Assembly: GCA_030704615.1 (NCBI GenBank)
Contig: CM060731.1
Location: 39,742,001 to 39,806,000 of the forward strand
Direction: 5' to 3'
From: Takakia lepidozioides
Taxonomy: Eukaryota > Plantae > Bryophyta
DNA length: 64,000 nt
Part shown: in pieces, positions 10,829-23,998 of the stretch
Layout: the number at the start of each line of letters is the position of its first letter
How positions within the stretch are numbered: position 1 is the first letter of the stretch
The notes under the pieces: model-generated
Told to the model about the DNA's origin: nothing
Seen by the model: only the letters and a program-made list of their open reading frames with translations
The model's database searches: none
Position numbers and translations under genes: made by a program

Positions 10829-13800
10829 TTAAATGAATAAAGACTCACTAAGAAGAGCAACTAGTGAAGAAAGGAGAGAGATTTCCCCTTGTACCCCTCC
10901 ACTTCTGCTCGAAATTTTCCTAGAGCCTTCCACAATCTCTGTCCCTAACCCCTCAATACTAATGGAGCCCATTCGGGCTTGAATTCCGCCGGATACTGTG
11001 GGGAGTTTGTTCGAAAGAGGGACCCCTTTAATCAAAGTGTTGAGAAGTTGAGCCCCCACTTCAGTTTGGGCAAACTCACTCACTAGAGCAAAAATGCTGG
11101 CCCCGCCTCGTAAAAGAGTGAGTGGTGATGGCTGCCGCCTGGATGAGAGCTCCACCAAAGAAACCTACATGACAAGAGGAGCCTACATTAGGAAGGAGAC
11201 ACTCATGACACAGTCAAGAACAATCAAAATTGGGATCTCAAGTACCATTCTGATAACCTGGGTCGGCACTCAGTGCCGAAATAACTGAACTTAGAAAGTT
11301 GATCAGGGTCGGCAAGCAGCATAAGGTTTGGTGTTAAAGTATTACATGACCAAGGAGTATAAAGGGATGGGCTCTGTTGCAAATATAGAATAGTCACCCC
11401 CGACTTTTTCCTTTTGAATGTCTAGATTTCAAAAAGAAAATTGTACTAAAAGCTCAGTGATCTACAAGTAAGATTTGTAAGTTAAATTTGTATTTCCGCC
11501 GACCCTGGATGTCGCCACAGTGAAGCTAGGCTGGTGGTGAAGGACAGAAGACATGTTATGCATTCTCGTCCCATAAACTGTGCGACCTGACGACTAGCAA
11601 TACATTCAAGCTGACAGACCTGACTACTAGCTGCCATACATTGACTGAGCACTGCCATATGGTTTCATTTCCTTGACATACAGTGTGAAATAGACCACAG
11701 AAGACATTTTGATTGGGGTTACTCATGGACAGACTACAGGCTATTCCAGTTATGAGCAACAATGCCATTCCACCCCAAGACATACCTTAGTATCCTCTGA
11801 GATCCCAGCTTTCTGCTTCGCAATTGCAACTGCCTTGGAAAACCCGCCCAAGGTATCCACCAGTCCTCGGGTTGCTGCAGACTTCCCTGTCCACACTCGC
11901 CCTTGAGCCACATCCTCCATTTTCTCGACCTGTACATAAATGGAAATAGATACATCTTCAAATAGATACAATTTTAGATCTCCTATACATCTCAAGAGAT
12001 AACATCCATGTAAGTGCAGAGAAAATGTCAAACTTACATTTGCAAAGTAACCAAGTAAAAGAGAGATGAGATCATATGCAAGGCACAATAGAAACTCCTT
12101 GGAAGGAGAATTTGTAACTCAAGGGATAAGGACTCCACACAATGGAAGGAGAGAGTGAGGGCAGAAGGGGGCACAGGAAGCAGAGTGAGGGTGGAAGGGC
12201 GCAAGGGAGAGAGTTCCCTGTAAGCAGTGGAATCCTTTGGGATACTAACTTTTCTGAGGCTTCTCATCCACCCAGGAGTGAAATGTCACAAATAATCGAC
12301 CACAATCTGTTTTTTGAATGGTTATTTTGCTGCCATTGGTTGGAAGAAAGCACCAATTGGTTCCAGCATTGCAACAAATTGCTGATCAGCTCACACACAG
12401 CAGATTGATGCTTGTGTAAAGGGCTTTCTAGAGGATATCTGCAAAGCCCAAACTAATTGTTTATATCAAGGTAAGTCCAACTACCGGAGTGAGCCCCTCA
12501 CAAAGGTACTGTCCATTCCCTCGTCTGCCCAAACTGGGTGTGGGGTCTATGGCTGCAAGGCTACGGCAAACGTCTTATGAGTTCTATTCTATCTGGAGAT
12601 AGAGCATCATCACAAATCCTCTTCTCAAAACCCCTTAGCAAAGCCAAGAAATGCCAAAAATGAAGAAGAGGTCAAAAGCCAAAATGAAGCAGAGGCCGTC
12701 GCAAATCAAGAAGCCCAAGCATCCAGGACTATCAGCAAAGGTGATTTTTCACAATTTTTGCAGAAAGAGTCCTCAGGGCTTTAGGCTTAGCCTCCAGATT
12801 GTCAAAGCATGAAATATATACATAGAGAGAGAAATAGGAAAAAGAGAAAAAGTGCCATTGCCTAAACACGTACGCTACCGACCAAAGCCTGGAAGTTGAC
12901 AAAAGCAATTTCTGGAACCCAATGGACTGGAATTCAAATATGTCCACACCTCCATGGATCTTGACTTAGCAGCTTTGTCACGGAATGATGTGTATGCATT
13001 CATTGCTGATTGTGCAAAGTAGGCCTCCTCTTCAGGCCTGTATCAACTCCCATATTCCAGAATTAGCTCCTTGAAATTTACCCGTCTGTCACCTATCAAT
13101 CACACAAAGTGTATGGAACTAGACTCCAAGAAAGGGAAGTTACAACTTTGAAGGAGTATATCTCTTACTGGCAAGTATTTGAAGGAAAAACAGAAAGGCA
13201 CAAATGTCAAACACATGATAATGTCATCATGTCAATGGTACAGGTTGCATTTAGTACTTGAAGGGGCGTTGTTCCGCATCAAGCTCAGCAAACTTGCCCT
13301 TTGAGATGATCTCTTTAGCAAAGCCCACACGCTCATAGAGCTCCCCCAGATTAAATTTACCTGTCAACCAGCTTCTGTTTAAGACTTCCACGCAAGACAC
13401 AACTACCTTCCAGCATGAGCATCATTCAAGTATCAACTCCAACCTAAGATCTGACATTCTATAGTGTTGATAGGATATCAACACTATCTCATGATTATCT
13501 GGAGCAAGACGAGGGAAGAGAAGGGGTACATGCACCTAGTTGTTCCCTTGCAACTGCCTGTTTGGAAGCATTTCATATATACATGTATATCAGTGCTTCA
13601 AATCTACAAGTTCATGCGGTATGCAAATGAATGGATGGATGGGTGCATAGCACAGACGTAGCCTTACACACCTGCGACCACCCCAATAGAACCTGTGAGG
13701 GTGAGGCTCTCAGCAACAACAACGCCAGCTGCCATGGCCATGTAGTACCCACCACTTGCTGCAACATCAGCCATTGATGCCACAACTGGCTTCTTGTCAG

Positions 13801-16800
13801 CCAAAAGCTTTAGCTCCCTCCACATCCTGAAAATGAAACAAGTTTAATTCCTGCTGTAACCAACTGCCCCATGTTTCAGTCCAACCCCCTAATGGCCCAA
13901 TTTGGCAGGTTTGAATTGAATAGCAGAGGGGCTTCTTGTGCTTCAAAAGCCAATCTGCACACTTGAATATCACTAAATAGGTAGGGTCATCTATGCCTCT
14001 TAGTTTCTTGCAGAAGGAAATTCCCAATTGCTTCTTTAAACACACTAAAAAACTGATAACAAAGTTACTTTGGGAACATCAAGAGACTCTCGGCTCTAAG
14101 CCCAGGCAACGTCAGGAAATGTATCTTTGCTGAAGCCTTCAACATTAACATAGACCTCAAAAAATTGATAAGAAAGTATAAAAGCCTACTCTGGTATCAT
14201 CCGCAAGCAAGGCACATCCATCCGTGACTGCGATTACAGATCATTCCAAGTCCGTTCCCCTTCCTTACTTTCGCAATACCACTGCCTTGAACTGCTTAGA
14301 TTCTGCGAAGACCAAATCATGACCGCAACCATAAGGCGACATGAGGGCCTGAGGTCAATCCAAAGCTTGGAACAGGAGACGCCTTTCATGTAAAAAGAAT
14401 TTAACATGGAATTAATAAAAGACAACCTGAAATTGTCAGCTTACCTTTGCAAGTCAAGCAGCCATTGTGGGTGATTCCCATGGACAGCAGACCAAGAGAC
14501 AGATAGTGTAACAAGTATGGTCTAAGATATAAAAGAGTTTGTGTACTTAAGTGAAAGTTGAATTCTTCCATTGGCCCAGGTCAAGATGAGCATGTGCTTT
14601 GCAAGGAGAAAGGGAAATGCACCTCGGACTTGTCGAACTTTCTCAATGAAGGAATCACTAGCAATACCCTCACTACTAGCCCCAAGGCCACCACCTCGTG
14701 ACCGGCTAATGCTCCCTACAGCTCTTATAATTGCAATACGCTCACTTCCCCCTGTTAAACCCAGTGTCCACATCTTTACCCTCGAGTATTTCCTGCCAAG
14801 GCCAGTTGCAAGTTTCTTGTTAGCTGAAAGTGTTTTGAGACCCAAAACAAAAAGAGGGCACATATGGTGCATATACAGGTATAGAAATTGCCACAGCAAA
14901 CTTTAATATTACAACTAGACAACAAATAACAAGGAGAACAAAGCCTGTATGTTAGAACACTGATGACTGCAATGTCTATAGTCACTCCATCTATCAGGGC
15001 TGTATTCGCTTGCTGCAGACTGAGGGTTTGAGACTTCACGGAGTGGAAATACCTATAGTCAACAGTTGGTAGAGGTTTGTCCTGCTTAGCCCCAATTCTT
15101 TTCTTCAATATTTCCTCAATCTGGCACCAACCCACACGTTCCATCTTAGGCAACCATGTGAGCCAACTGGGAACAAGAGAGTCAATCCAAAGCGGGGAAA
15201 AACTGGCTAGTGACATTATCTTTTGAGGGGTGAGTGGTATAGAGACCTCATCATTATATTTAATATCTGCAATCCATCCTCCTTCTTTCAGTTTCTCCAT
15301 GTCGAAAATACCAGCATCAAACAGCCCTTCTATCTCTTCCCGAGTCTTGCCTGCACTTGCAAACCATAGTACACCTGCTAAGATCTCTCTTTCTGTATCT
15401 ACCATGCAGCATCAGCCCTACATGCAATCTCATGGCCTGTGCCTATATTGCCATCACAGCTGCATCAAGGACATGAAACAACTAACAAGGATTAGTACCT
15501 CATGAGGCCTTTCACTATCACGCTTTGACAAGCTCTTTCTTTCTATTCTAGCCACAAGCCCCTAGCCAGCCCATAACCAATGGGCACACATGCATGCACG
15601 CTCAAAGAGAGTGTTTCACTCTCAGTACCAGTGGAGAAGGAAATTTGTTGGAGCCAATTTTCATAAATGTCGTCTAGTAATGCAGTTAACATTTCTCGAT
15701 TAGCCTCCGACATATTTTTTCGTGAGAGTTGGTCCCCAGCACTCTTGTATTTGCCTATGCGCTGGATTTGTGGCTCCACCCCCACCTTCTCAAGCACCCC
15801 TGGAGCACCCATACAAACCCAGGTGTTAAATTTCTTGCCAACATTTGCCTACAGTGCTATTGGAGACACATCATTTATAAATAATCATTGCGAGTCAACC
15901 ATGCCCATGAAAACAGGCTACATGGAATAGACCACTTCCATTGTTGGGAGCTGATAAAGTCAGTCGATCGTTGTAAACAGCCAAGTCAATTACTATACAT
16001 GACCATATTGATGTTCGTTTACGTGATTAGTGATCCCGAAGGTGGACTCTAGTCTTTCATTTGGGAACGTTTCAAATTTGAATCTTGCATTACATATATC
16101 ATAATTTTTCCATAATTCTTCTAAAGGTACCACTGCAAATTGAGGCAGTAATACAAACAGTAGCTAATTGCGAGCAACTTTTGTAGTTTCGGGATAATAA
16201 TACAGTCTAGGCTGCAGATTGATCATTCTTCACATTCTGAGTCTAGGCATGTTTGTTAGCAATATCCTTCATTGCAGGAGAGTGTGCTGATAGGTTTTCT
16301 GATCAGATGATTCATTGGGAGATTGCACGTACCTCCAAGGAACTGAGCTTGGACTTTCAGACCCAACAAAGAGATGTACGCCCCCGGGGGAGCATAGAGT
16401 TCTCCACATGCACATGCCAGGTAGTATTCTTTCTCCCCACCCACTGCCATGTAGCCTACTATAGGTTTACCTGCACGACCAATCAATTAGTGATTAGCAC
16501 ACATACAAATACATGTCCCACTCCAAAAGTGATTAAACTCATAGCAATGTTCGCTCATTTGATCTGGGAGCGCAAGAGCGACCTAGGGAACACATTTGGA
16601 AAATATGAAGGGAGGAACTACGAATGACACACAACAAGGAAAACTTTCTGACCAGATTTCTTGTAGTAATCAATGTGCCGACGAATCTCATCAATTTTCC
16701 CCCATCCACACTCTAGTGGCTCAATCTGGAGGAAGAGACTGGCTATACGAGGGTCATGCGCTGCTTTTATGAGATTGTCACAGATCTGCGGTAGTGACAG

Positions 16801-18490
16801 CCCTTGTGCGAAACGCCCTTGGTATTGCTCTGTTACCTGAATCAGCAGCACAGTCAAGTAGTGGATGAGACATTATGCTCACAATGTCTGCACTCTCTTG
16901 AGTGCACTAGAAATTGCCAATAGATCAGGTTTCAAAAGGAATACCTTTGGAAAGACCCCTAATAAGCACATCGTGTGTGGAGAACACCTATGGGGGATCA
17001 GTAGAACTACATGAGCGAATCAAAGGTGCTCACAACCCAGGTGACAATATGCTAAGAACAGAAGTCATGAGTGTTGTAGCTCTCATTCTCTTGCAATACA
17101 TGCTCTGATGTTGCATCCAAATCTCACCTATTAGTCTATAAATATGCATAGAAACAAACAACTCCCACTAGTAACTCACCTGACCGGCGAGATTCAGTTT
17201 CAGCACGCTGCCTTTTCGCACTCTCTGCCATGGCACTGCAATCAGCATACGACATTGAACCACGAATGCATCCCACCCTCCCAATTTTTTGTATACAAGT
17301 TCCCCAGAAGGGTATGTCTCTGTGCTGGCGCCATTGCCTTCCCCTACAACTGAATCTTTACTAGATTCTATATGGCTTGCTTGTGATTCATCTTCCTTCT
17401 CTGGAGCCTGCGTTGAGTTTGTCTCATTCACTGAGGCCCAGACCGACCGTGGGAGTCTTCGACCTGAATGCTCTAGATATCTGAGAGAGGTGTGGATACG
17501 CAGCAATGTCGTGAACGCCAAGCTCAATTGGCTGCTTCCATGAGGGTAGACCCCAGTGAATGGGGTCGACAACGTTGGAGGAGGGGCTTTAATCCTTGAC
17601 CTATAACAATCGTTTTGAATTGCAACCTGCAAAAAGTACAGAAACCTGTTGAGAAGCACAACTATCCACACTGCATAGTTTACATTGATCTTACTTGTAT
17701 ATGATCTCTTCTTGCTTCATAATTTCCTTCTAGGTCTATAATAGCCAATGAGAACTTACTGAATACGGGAGAGTATAAGAAATAGAGTACCGTCTTGAGC
17801 AGATGCATGTCAACACAGTAATCTGCTAATTGCTTTCTGACCTATTTGGTATATCTGATTTTGAGGGTCCAAAAAAGCTCTAGTACTGATTTTTATCACA
17901 TGTCAGATTGACAAAAGTGGAACACCGATCTTCATTCCTTCACTAAACAGACTGCTATCCCCAGACTAGCTCCAGAGAACTCAACGAAAGCATAAGAGCC
18001 TTTTCAAATTCCTACTGGAAATAGGCCTTTCCTGACGGCAGCAAGTGCAGCACGAGCTAATTCTTGAGGGCAACAAAAAGAAAAACTTACGAGACTTACA
18101 AAACAGTTGGAAAATTTAGCTCGACAGGTAAAGATACTACCATTTGGTGATATAAGCCGTAAATAATTATACCATCTAGACAGCAACAGGTCAAAGATTG
18201 GGAATTTCAGATTAGAAAGCTGTTGGGGAAACCACTTTCTTACTTCTCGATTAAGTAAGATAATCACAAGGAAGCCTGTTGCAAATGGCACAACTACGGA
18301 GCAATGGCAGAGCTAAGTTCACTCTTCATGGCGCAGCGGATTGGATTCCAAAGAAAAAGAAATGAGTGGAGTTAAGAGCTGATATAAGATCACACATATG
18401 AAGAGAACTTACGCTTCCGGTGTGCCAACCACCATGAGCATGCACATTGGAGACAAACCCAGATACATGCGCAGCCGCGATCGCAGCCAT
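10829..18490 (-). CDS. SPPA: Plastid signal peptide peptidase / protease IV (SppA), ~14 exons; one exon has a lesion (possible pseudogene)
   Basis: Exons encode PWQRVRKGSVL, GWGKIDEIRRHIDYYKKSG, EKEYYLACAC, IGKYKSAGD (catalytic Lys), VAASGGYY (catalytic Ser), TLTGSIGVV and AQGRVWTG. Exon 1 (18490-18413) is transit-peptide-like. The RIDSPGG motif is missing in exon 14302-14238. Confidence 0.92.
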
Positions 18491-20415
18491 CTCTGCCGCA
18501 GGAGAGGAAGAAAATCCCCTCCTAAAGCTCCCCTGTCGATCTTTCAGCACAGCACAACCTCCATTCCTCCAAAGGAATCCACAGACACACTCTCTCTCTC
18601 CCTCGCTCTCTCTCGCTTCTTGCTACACTTTACTCTGTTTTTTTTCCTTCGTCTCTCTTCAGTAGCTTTTTTTCAGTTTTTTAATTAAATAAAAATATTA
18701 AAAGTGAAAAATGCATGTATAATTTATATAAAAACAAAACAGTATTCGTTGAGAGAGAAATTACAGGAAGCTGCCAGGTGCCTTGGACTGACTGGTAAAT
18801 ATAAGCCGATGTGGCAGTCTGGCAGCCCAGCGTTGTCCATCTTATCCGGATGAATGAGAAGCTGCAGGACGAACAAATGATTTGTGGATGAAAAGAAGCC
18901 ATTCTCGAAGCAAAGAGAGGGAGACGAGCGAGCAAGAGCGAGAGAGAGAGAGAGAGAGAGACTCTAGAACACAAAATGCAGTGAAGTACTCAGTTGAAAA
19001 TTGAGCTACCCCTCACTTAATTTCTCTCTCATCATCTAGCTACAACCTTGGACACGCAGTGTATGTACAGTGTCTTCGCAATATGGGAGTGTGGTGATGT
19101 CCACGCGTGTTTTCTAGTCCTGCTTCGGCCACTCCAAGAAACATACAGTTCTGAAAAAGTTGATAAGATATACAGCTAGAGTTTACAGTTTACAGAGGAT
19201 GTGACATGTGATGCTCACAATTTCTATACTGCTCACATTCGAATCTAGATTAACCACATTCATGATCTGTACCCGGAAACTCTGAAGGTTTGATCTAGAC
19301 TTGGAAAGTCAGAAAGGCAGTACACGTACATTCTCTTGAGGCCGGGCAGGTCTGTGTTAGGTCTGCGTTTGATCTCTCTTGGACCACTCCAACCATGATC
19401 TTATAGGCGAGGACGATTCGGCCAGCGGTCATGAAAAGAACACCTCGTTGCACCGCAATTCACAGGATTTCCTGTACAGTAGCGACCGGAATATTGAACG
19501 ATCATTGTCATATGAGAAGGCGTCCTGGAGAAAATCCTCGACTTGTTTACACCTGGTACGTTCAAACCTGGATGGTGCGCTCGGGACATCTCACACAGCA
19601 CTGATCAGCAGCACATAAGTCAGAAGATGAACACCTGCACTAGGAAAACGGTGACGAATCGAACCAGACGGCGACCTTACATGGTCTGGAACTCGGAGGT
19701 GAACCGCTATCTTGTCCACTAGGTGATAGAGAAGAGTGCTCCACACCATTGGGTTCAGTTGCATTGGATAGCAGCCCATGGGAAGAGAAGACTTCAGGGG
19801 AGGATTGAGAGAAAGGAGGGAAAGACATACAAGCGAGGTTGGCGTTTATATACAGAGGGTCTCTGGCCTAGATGCGTGGAAACTCAAATATATGAAAATC
19901 TTGTGAGCGATTCCTAGTTTGCTATGGAGAGTCAGCAAGTTGCCTCACCAAGTTGCCTGCATAGAGGGTAGCTGTTGCAGTAACATGCCAGATACAATTG
20001 TAATGGTTGTACAAAATTGTGACATGGTAGTGAAGTGAGAGCATCCACTCCATTATTTGAAGATTCAGCAGCTTTGTAAAAGGGAGTCCTGCACTGATTG
20101 ATAATAACTCAGGCAGTTGATACAACCCTTTTATGCAGACAGTCACTAGCCACTACTGTTTCCGAGTAACAAGAATCATTGAATGTTTTATTTTTCTTTT
20201 CCCCACAATTCACAAGTAATTTTAGAGGATGCCATTGCTGAGCAATCTCTCTCCTTGTCTACACATGCCAGCTGCCTGTTTGCTGGTAATATTTAAGGCT
20301 AAAATTCATGAACATGATACAAAAAGCAGAACACCAACTTCTTCTGCCAGTTTCTACCATCCAAATCTACGTCAGGAATTCACTGCCAACACAATGTTAC
20401 AAGATGAGAGGGAAT

Positions 20416-22970
20416 CTAAACCTTGGCTGCCTCAAGTGAAGCAGCTTCCCTTGAAAGGATCCTCTCATAGACATCCCTAATCTTAAGTCCAACAATCGTT
20501 TGAAACAATCCAGTGCCATTGTTACTTCCTGGAAAATCAGCATGCTTCAGCATCTGTTGTGTGACTTCTCCATAAAACCTGGTGGAGATATTGCTGAGGT
20601 GACTCTCCACATATATCAGCTCTTCAAGTCTATCGAACTGGCCATCCATCTCTAGTACAGAGATCTGCAAAACCACATGAGAAACAGAGAGTCAGTGTCT
20701 CATTGAATAGGAGGATCAGTCCCCATTCATTTTCACCTTTGATCTATGGACCATCAAGACACATGAGATCAACACAGTGCTCATTGGGTGCCTCTTACTA
20801 GAGTGCTCGTGAAAATGCTCATGAACAAATACGATTTCCCCAGAAGATAAGAGAGCAAAACAAAAACATCCAGACTTACGATTGAATCCCTCTCACTATG
20901 CCAGCAAGATCATTCAAAAGCAGAGCAGGTCAGTACCTCATTGCCATAGTAGGTGTCAGGGCCATAGAAGAATTTGATCCCCGGATAGGAGCATGTGAGC
21001 TTGCGGCCACAGGGAATCCAGGAAATGGTGGAGCCCTCATCAAAAAGATAGACAGGCTCAAAAAATTGTACGCCCTCCTTCATCACCATGCGCACCCGCA
21101 ACACCTTGCCCTCATTATCATCAGGTATCAGCTGCGTGGGCAGCACCTGAATCACCACGTCTGCATACTGTTTCTGTGGATCTGCATGCATCACACATCT
21201 GCACAGTTTCAGCATCTGACAGAATTCTAATGTCTAAGATTAAGACTGCTGGACATAGGGCAGGAGGGATGAGAAGGATGGCACAAACCAATGTAGGCAT
21301 CAAAGTCAGGCTTCCGAGCTGCAATACTCGCCTTGATGCTCTCCAAGCTGTGTCCTCGCTCTGCCATATCACGCTGAGGATTCATCCAATTCACCCACAT
21401 TACATTGCTGTATCAGCAAATGGAGATTTGCAGTTATATTGTAAATTAGACTTTTCTTCCCAAGCCTCACCCACTTGCTCACCCGCTCACCAAAGTTCAT
21501 TCTTCATTCCCCGAGGAAGAAGTGGGTATAGCCATATCCCGTAGTAGTCCAGAAGGAGTAAAAGAGGAGTTGGGGAAGGGAACGTGCACAGAATGGGTTC
21601 AATTCTACTGAGGAAAGTTTGCTTCAGTGGAGAGACTTCCGTCTGCAAAATGACGTTGCTTCCAGACAAGGGAGCTGCATTTGAGCTATAAGAGAGACAA
21701 GGTGGTGAAAAACTTGAAAATAAGAAATACAATAATATAAAAAGAAATAGCCTGTATCTGTCCCCTTCCCCCTTCTTCCCTTCTTCTCACTGACTAGTTC
21801 TTACTTGTGTTTTCAACCGAAAGAAAGGGAGAGAACTCACCTGAATTTTCCAGGCAAACTTGACGTCATCACTAATGTCCAGATAAATGCTGAAATCCAG
21901 GAGCTCCCTGACTCTCTCGTCATACCTACACGTTCCACCAAATGTCTCTCTCAGTACTAGCGACGAACGCAAGCCATGATGCAAACTGTGAAGACCACGA
22001 AAGACCAAAGAGGTCATCATTGGCCAACCACAAAGTTCGCTCTTACCTTTTGCCAGATTGTGACTTCCTTGCGAGCTGCAATAACAACATAACACTAAAT
22101 TTGCTGGCAACGTGCGTGCTCTTCGTTCATACCTCAAACTAGAATGGTGCTCATTCTATCTATCTACATGCCTGCCACATCTCCCACTGCTCCTCCTACG
22201 TGTCTAACGGTACATCAGCAGGAGCACGTCCCTCCCGACAGCCATCCTGGCTCTGCACCAAAGGGGAATGCTCTTATTTTATCCACTAAGGTTTCTCAGC
22301 CTCTCTTCAAGAAACTGGCTGCAAAAGCTGAAGGCGACCTTGCAGGCCTCCGGGACTGAAGCAGGAGGATGGGAGGTTCCTACATTGGATGAAGGCCCTC
22401 AATGACGAGAATCTTGGGGGGAGAGATGAGTTCGGGAGCGTCCAGTAGGCCAGAGACATGATTGTAGATAGGCTTTTCCACCGACTTTCCCTCCTTGAGT
22501 GCTTTGACCTGCTCATACATGAGATCAAAATTGTTTGCGCGCGGATCAAGAGCAGTCACTGCCTTCTCCTTTCGGCCGAATCTATCCAGCGAATGGTAAT
22601 CATCCAAGCAAATCACGGTAGTGGTGTCACTAATGAGCGTGTTGGAGTCCGGATTACCCCCTTTGGGAGGCGAGGCAGCACCTCCAAACACGCTAGTAAG
22701 CCGACGCATGAAGGTGCTCTTGCCACATCCCGAGTCAGCAGCAAGCCCGATCACCACGGTCTTGTCGGGCACCACCTTGCACACCACCACACCAGCACGC
22801 CGTGTGGCTCCCTTCCCGGACCTCACCACCACCAAACTCGCGCTCTGCCTCACGCTCCACCCGCTCTCTCCATAGAAGTTGGAGCACATTCGAGGCGCCT
22901 GCATGCACCTCCACCCTAATTTGGTATCCATCACTGCCATGCTCGGGGATCCAGCCATCTCGCACGCCAT
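20416..22970 (-). CDS. PRK: Phosphoribulokinase, chloroplastic; 5 exons (22970-22384, 21925-21841, 21373-21289, 21181-20937, 20664-20416), intact
   Basis: Motifs GLAADSGCGKSTF (P-loop), VICLDDYHSLDR, EGLHPMYD, KIQRDMAERGH, WIPCGRKLTCSYPG and GSNNGTGLFQT. All junctions are GT-AG and in frame. N-terminal transit peptide. Confidence 0.97.
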
Positions 22971-23156
22971 CGCACCTCCACTCCGCCTCGCTCACACAGC
23001 AGCAGCAGCAGCAGCATCTTAGACGAAGGCCCAGGCTCCACAGCCTAGGAAGGCTCGGCCCGAACGTCTCAGCCCCGGAAGAGGCTCGGGGACGACAGAT
23101 CTCGTACTTCGGCACCATTGGAATTCCCGCACAATACCTCTGCCCACTGAACCTCC

Positions 23157-23166
23157 GCCACGTGTC
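23157..23166. promoter_or_regulatory. G-box/ABRE-type element (GCCACGTGTC) upstream of PRK
   Basis: CACGTG at 23159-23164, ~190 bp upstream of the PRK ATG, with GATA-like motifs at ~23210-23230. This is typical of light-regulated Calvin-cycle genes; function is inferred. Confidence 0.45.
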
Positions 23167-23309
23167 CCGATCTATCCTCACAACCATCCCCCCTAGAGAA
23201 CATTCCGTCGAGATAATCCGAATCACGGATAGAAAACGGCTTCCGTTGGTGCTTTTCTACTATTTCTCATCCGCGACGTGATGTTCTAAAGGTGGTCCCA
23301 TGTGCGGCG

Positions 23310-23990
23310 CGGATGTAGTCTGACATTGGGTATGTCTCCAGTGGCAAGTGAGCACTCAATTACCTCCACAGTGGTTGTGTAGTGTCTTGACACGGTCAGT
23401 GACTTGACAAGGTGACGATTTCCATGGCAGAGGTGACCTATCGTTGGCTGGTGAGAGAGGCAATAGAAAATGCCAATCTTCTTTGCTTAGTTTTAACCAA
23501 AAGTACTTCGACATCTTGTGGTCTAATATTTACCTGCATAGAGGTTATGTCTTCGGTTGCAAGTATTGTCTACTGAGCCCGGAATTACCTCCATGGCGGT
23601 TGTTGATGAGTGTAGAATCGTGACACCTTGTTGGAGCTTGCGAAGGAGGAGGCAGTGGTGTGGTCCCGTGTCCCGTGTGTGGTCCCGTATGTAGTCTGAC
23701 ATTACCTCCATAGTGGGCATGTCTTCGGTGGCAAGTGAGCACTGAAGTACCTCCATAGCGGTTGTGTCTCAGTGTAGTGTATTGACAAGGTGTGGATTTC
23801 CATGGCAGAGGGTGACCTATCGTTGTGGCTCAGATGTGGTCTACAATTACCTGCATAGAGGTTATGTCTTCCGTCGCAAGTGTTTCTGAATTACCTCCAT
23901 AGCGGTTGTTGATGAGTGTAGAGGCGTGACACATTGTTGGAGCTTGTGATTCCATGGAAGTCCGAAGGAGGAGGCAGTGGTGACCTAGGG
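23310..23990. repeat. Diverged higher-order tandem duplication (A-B-A'-B', ~150-bp related units) in the PRK/DUF1308 divergent intergenic region
   Basis: Blocks ATGTAGTCTGACATT...GATTTCCATGGCAGAG(G)GTGACCTATCGTT at ~23313 and ~23689. Blocks TTACCTGCATAGAGGTTATGTCTTC...CGAAGGAGGAGGCAGTGGTG at ~23530 and ~23847. Confidence 0.85.
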
Positions 23991-23998
23991 TGGTAGCG

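Noticed and set aside
22458-23281. Plus-strand ORFs of 153-159 aa, including a poly-Q tract
   Set aside because: Antisense shadows of GC-rich PRK exon 1 and a (CAG)n microsatellite in its 5' UTR.
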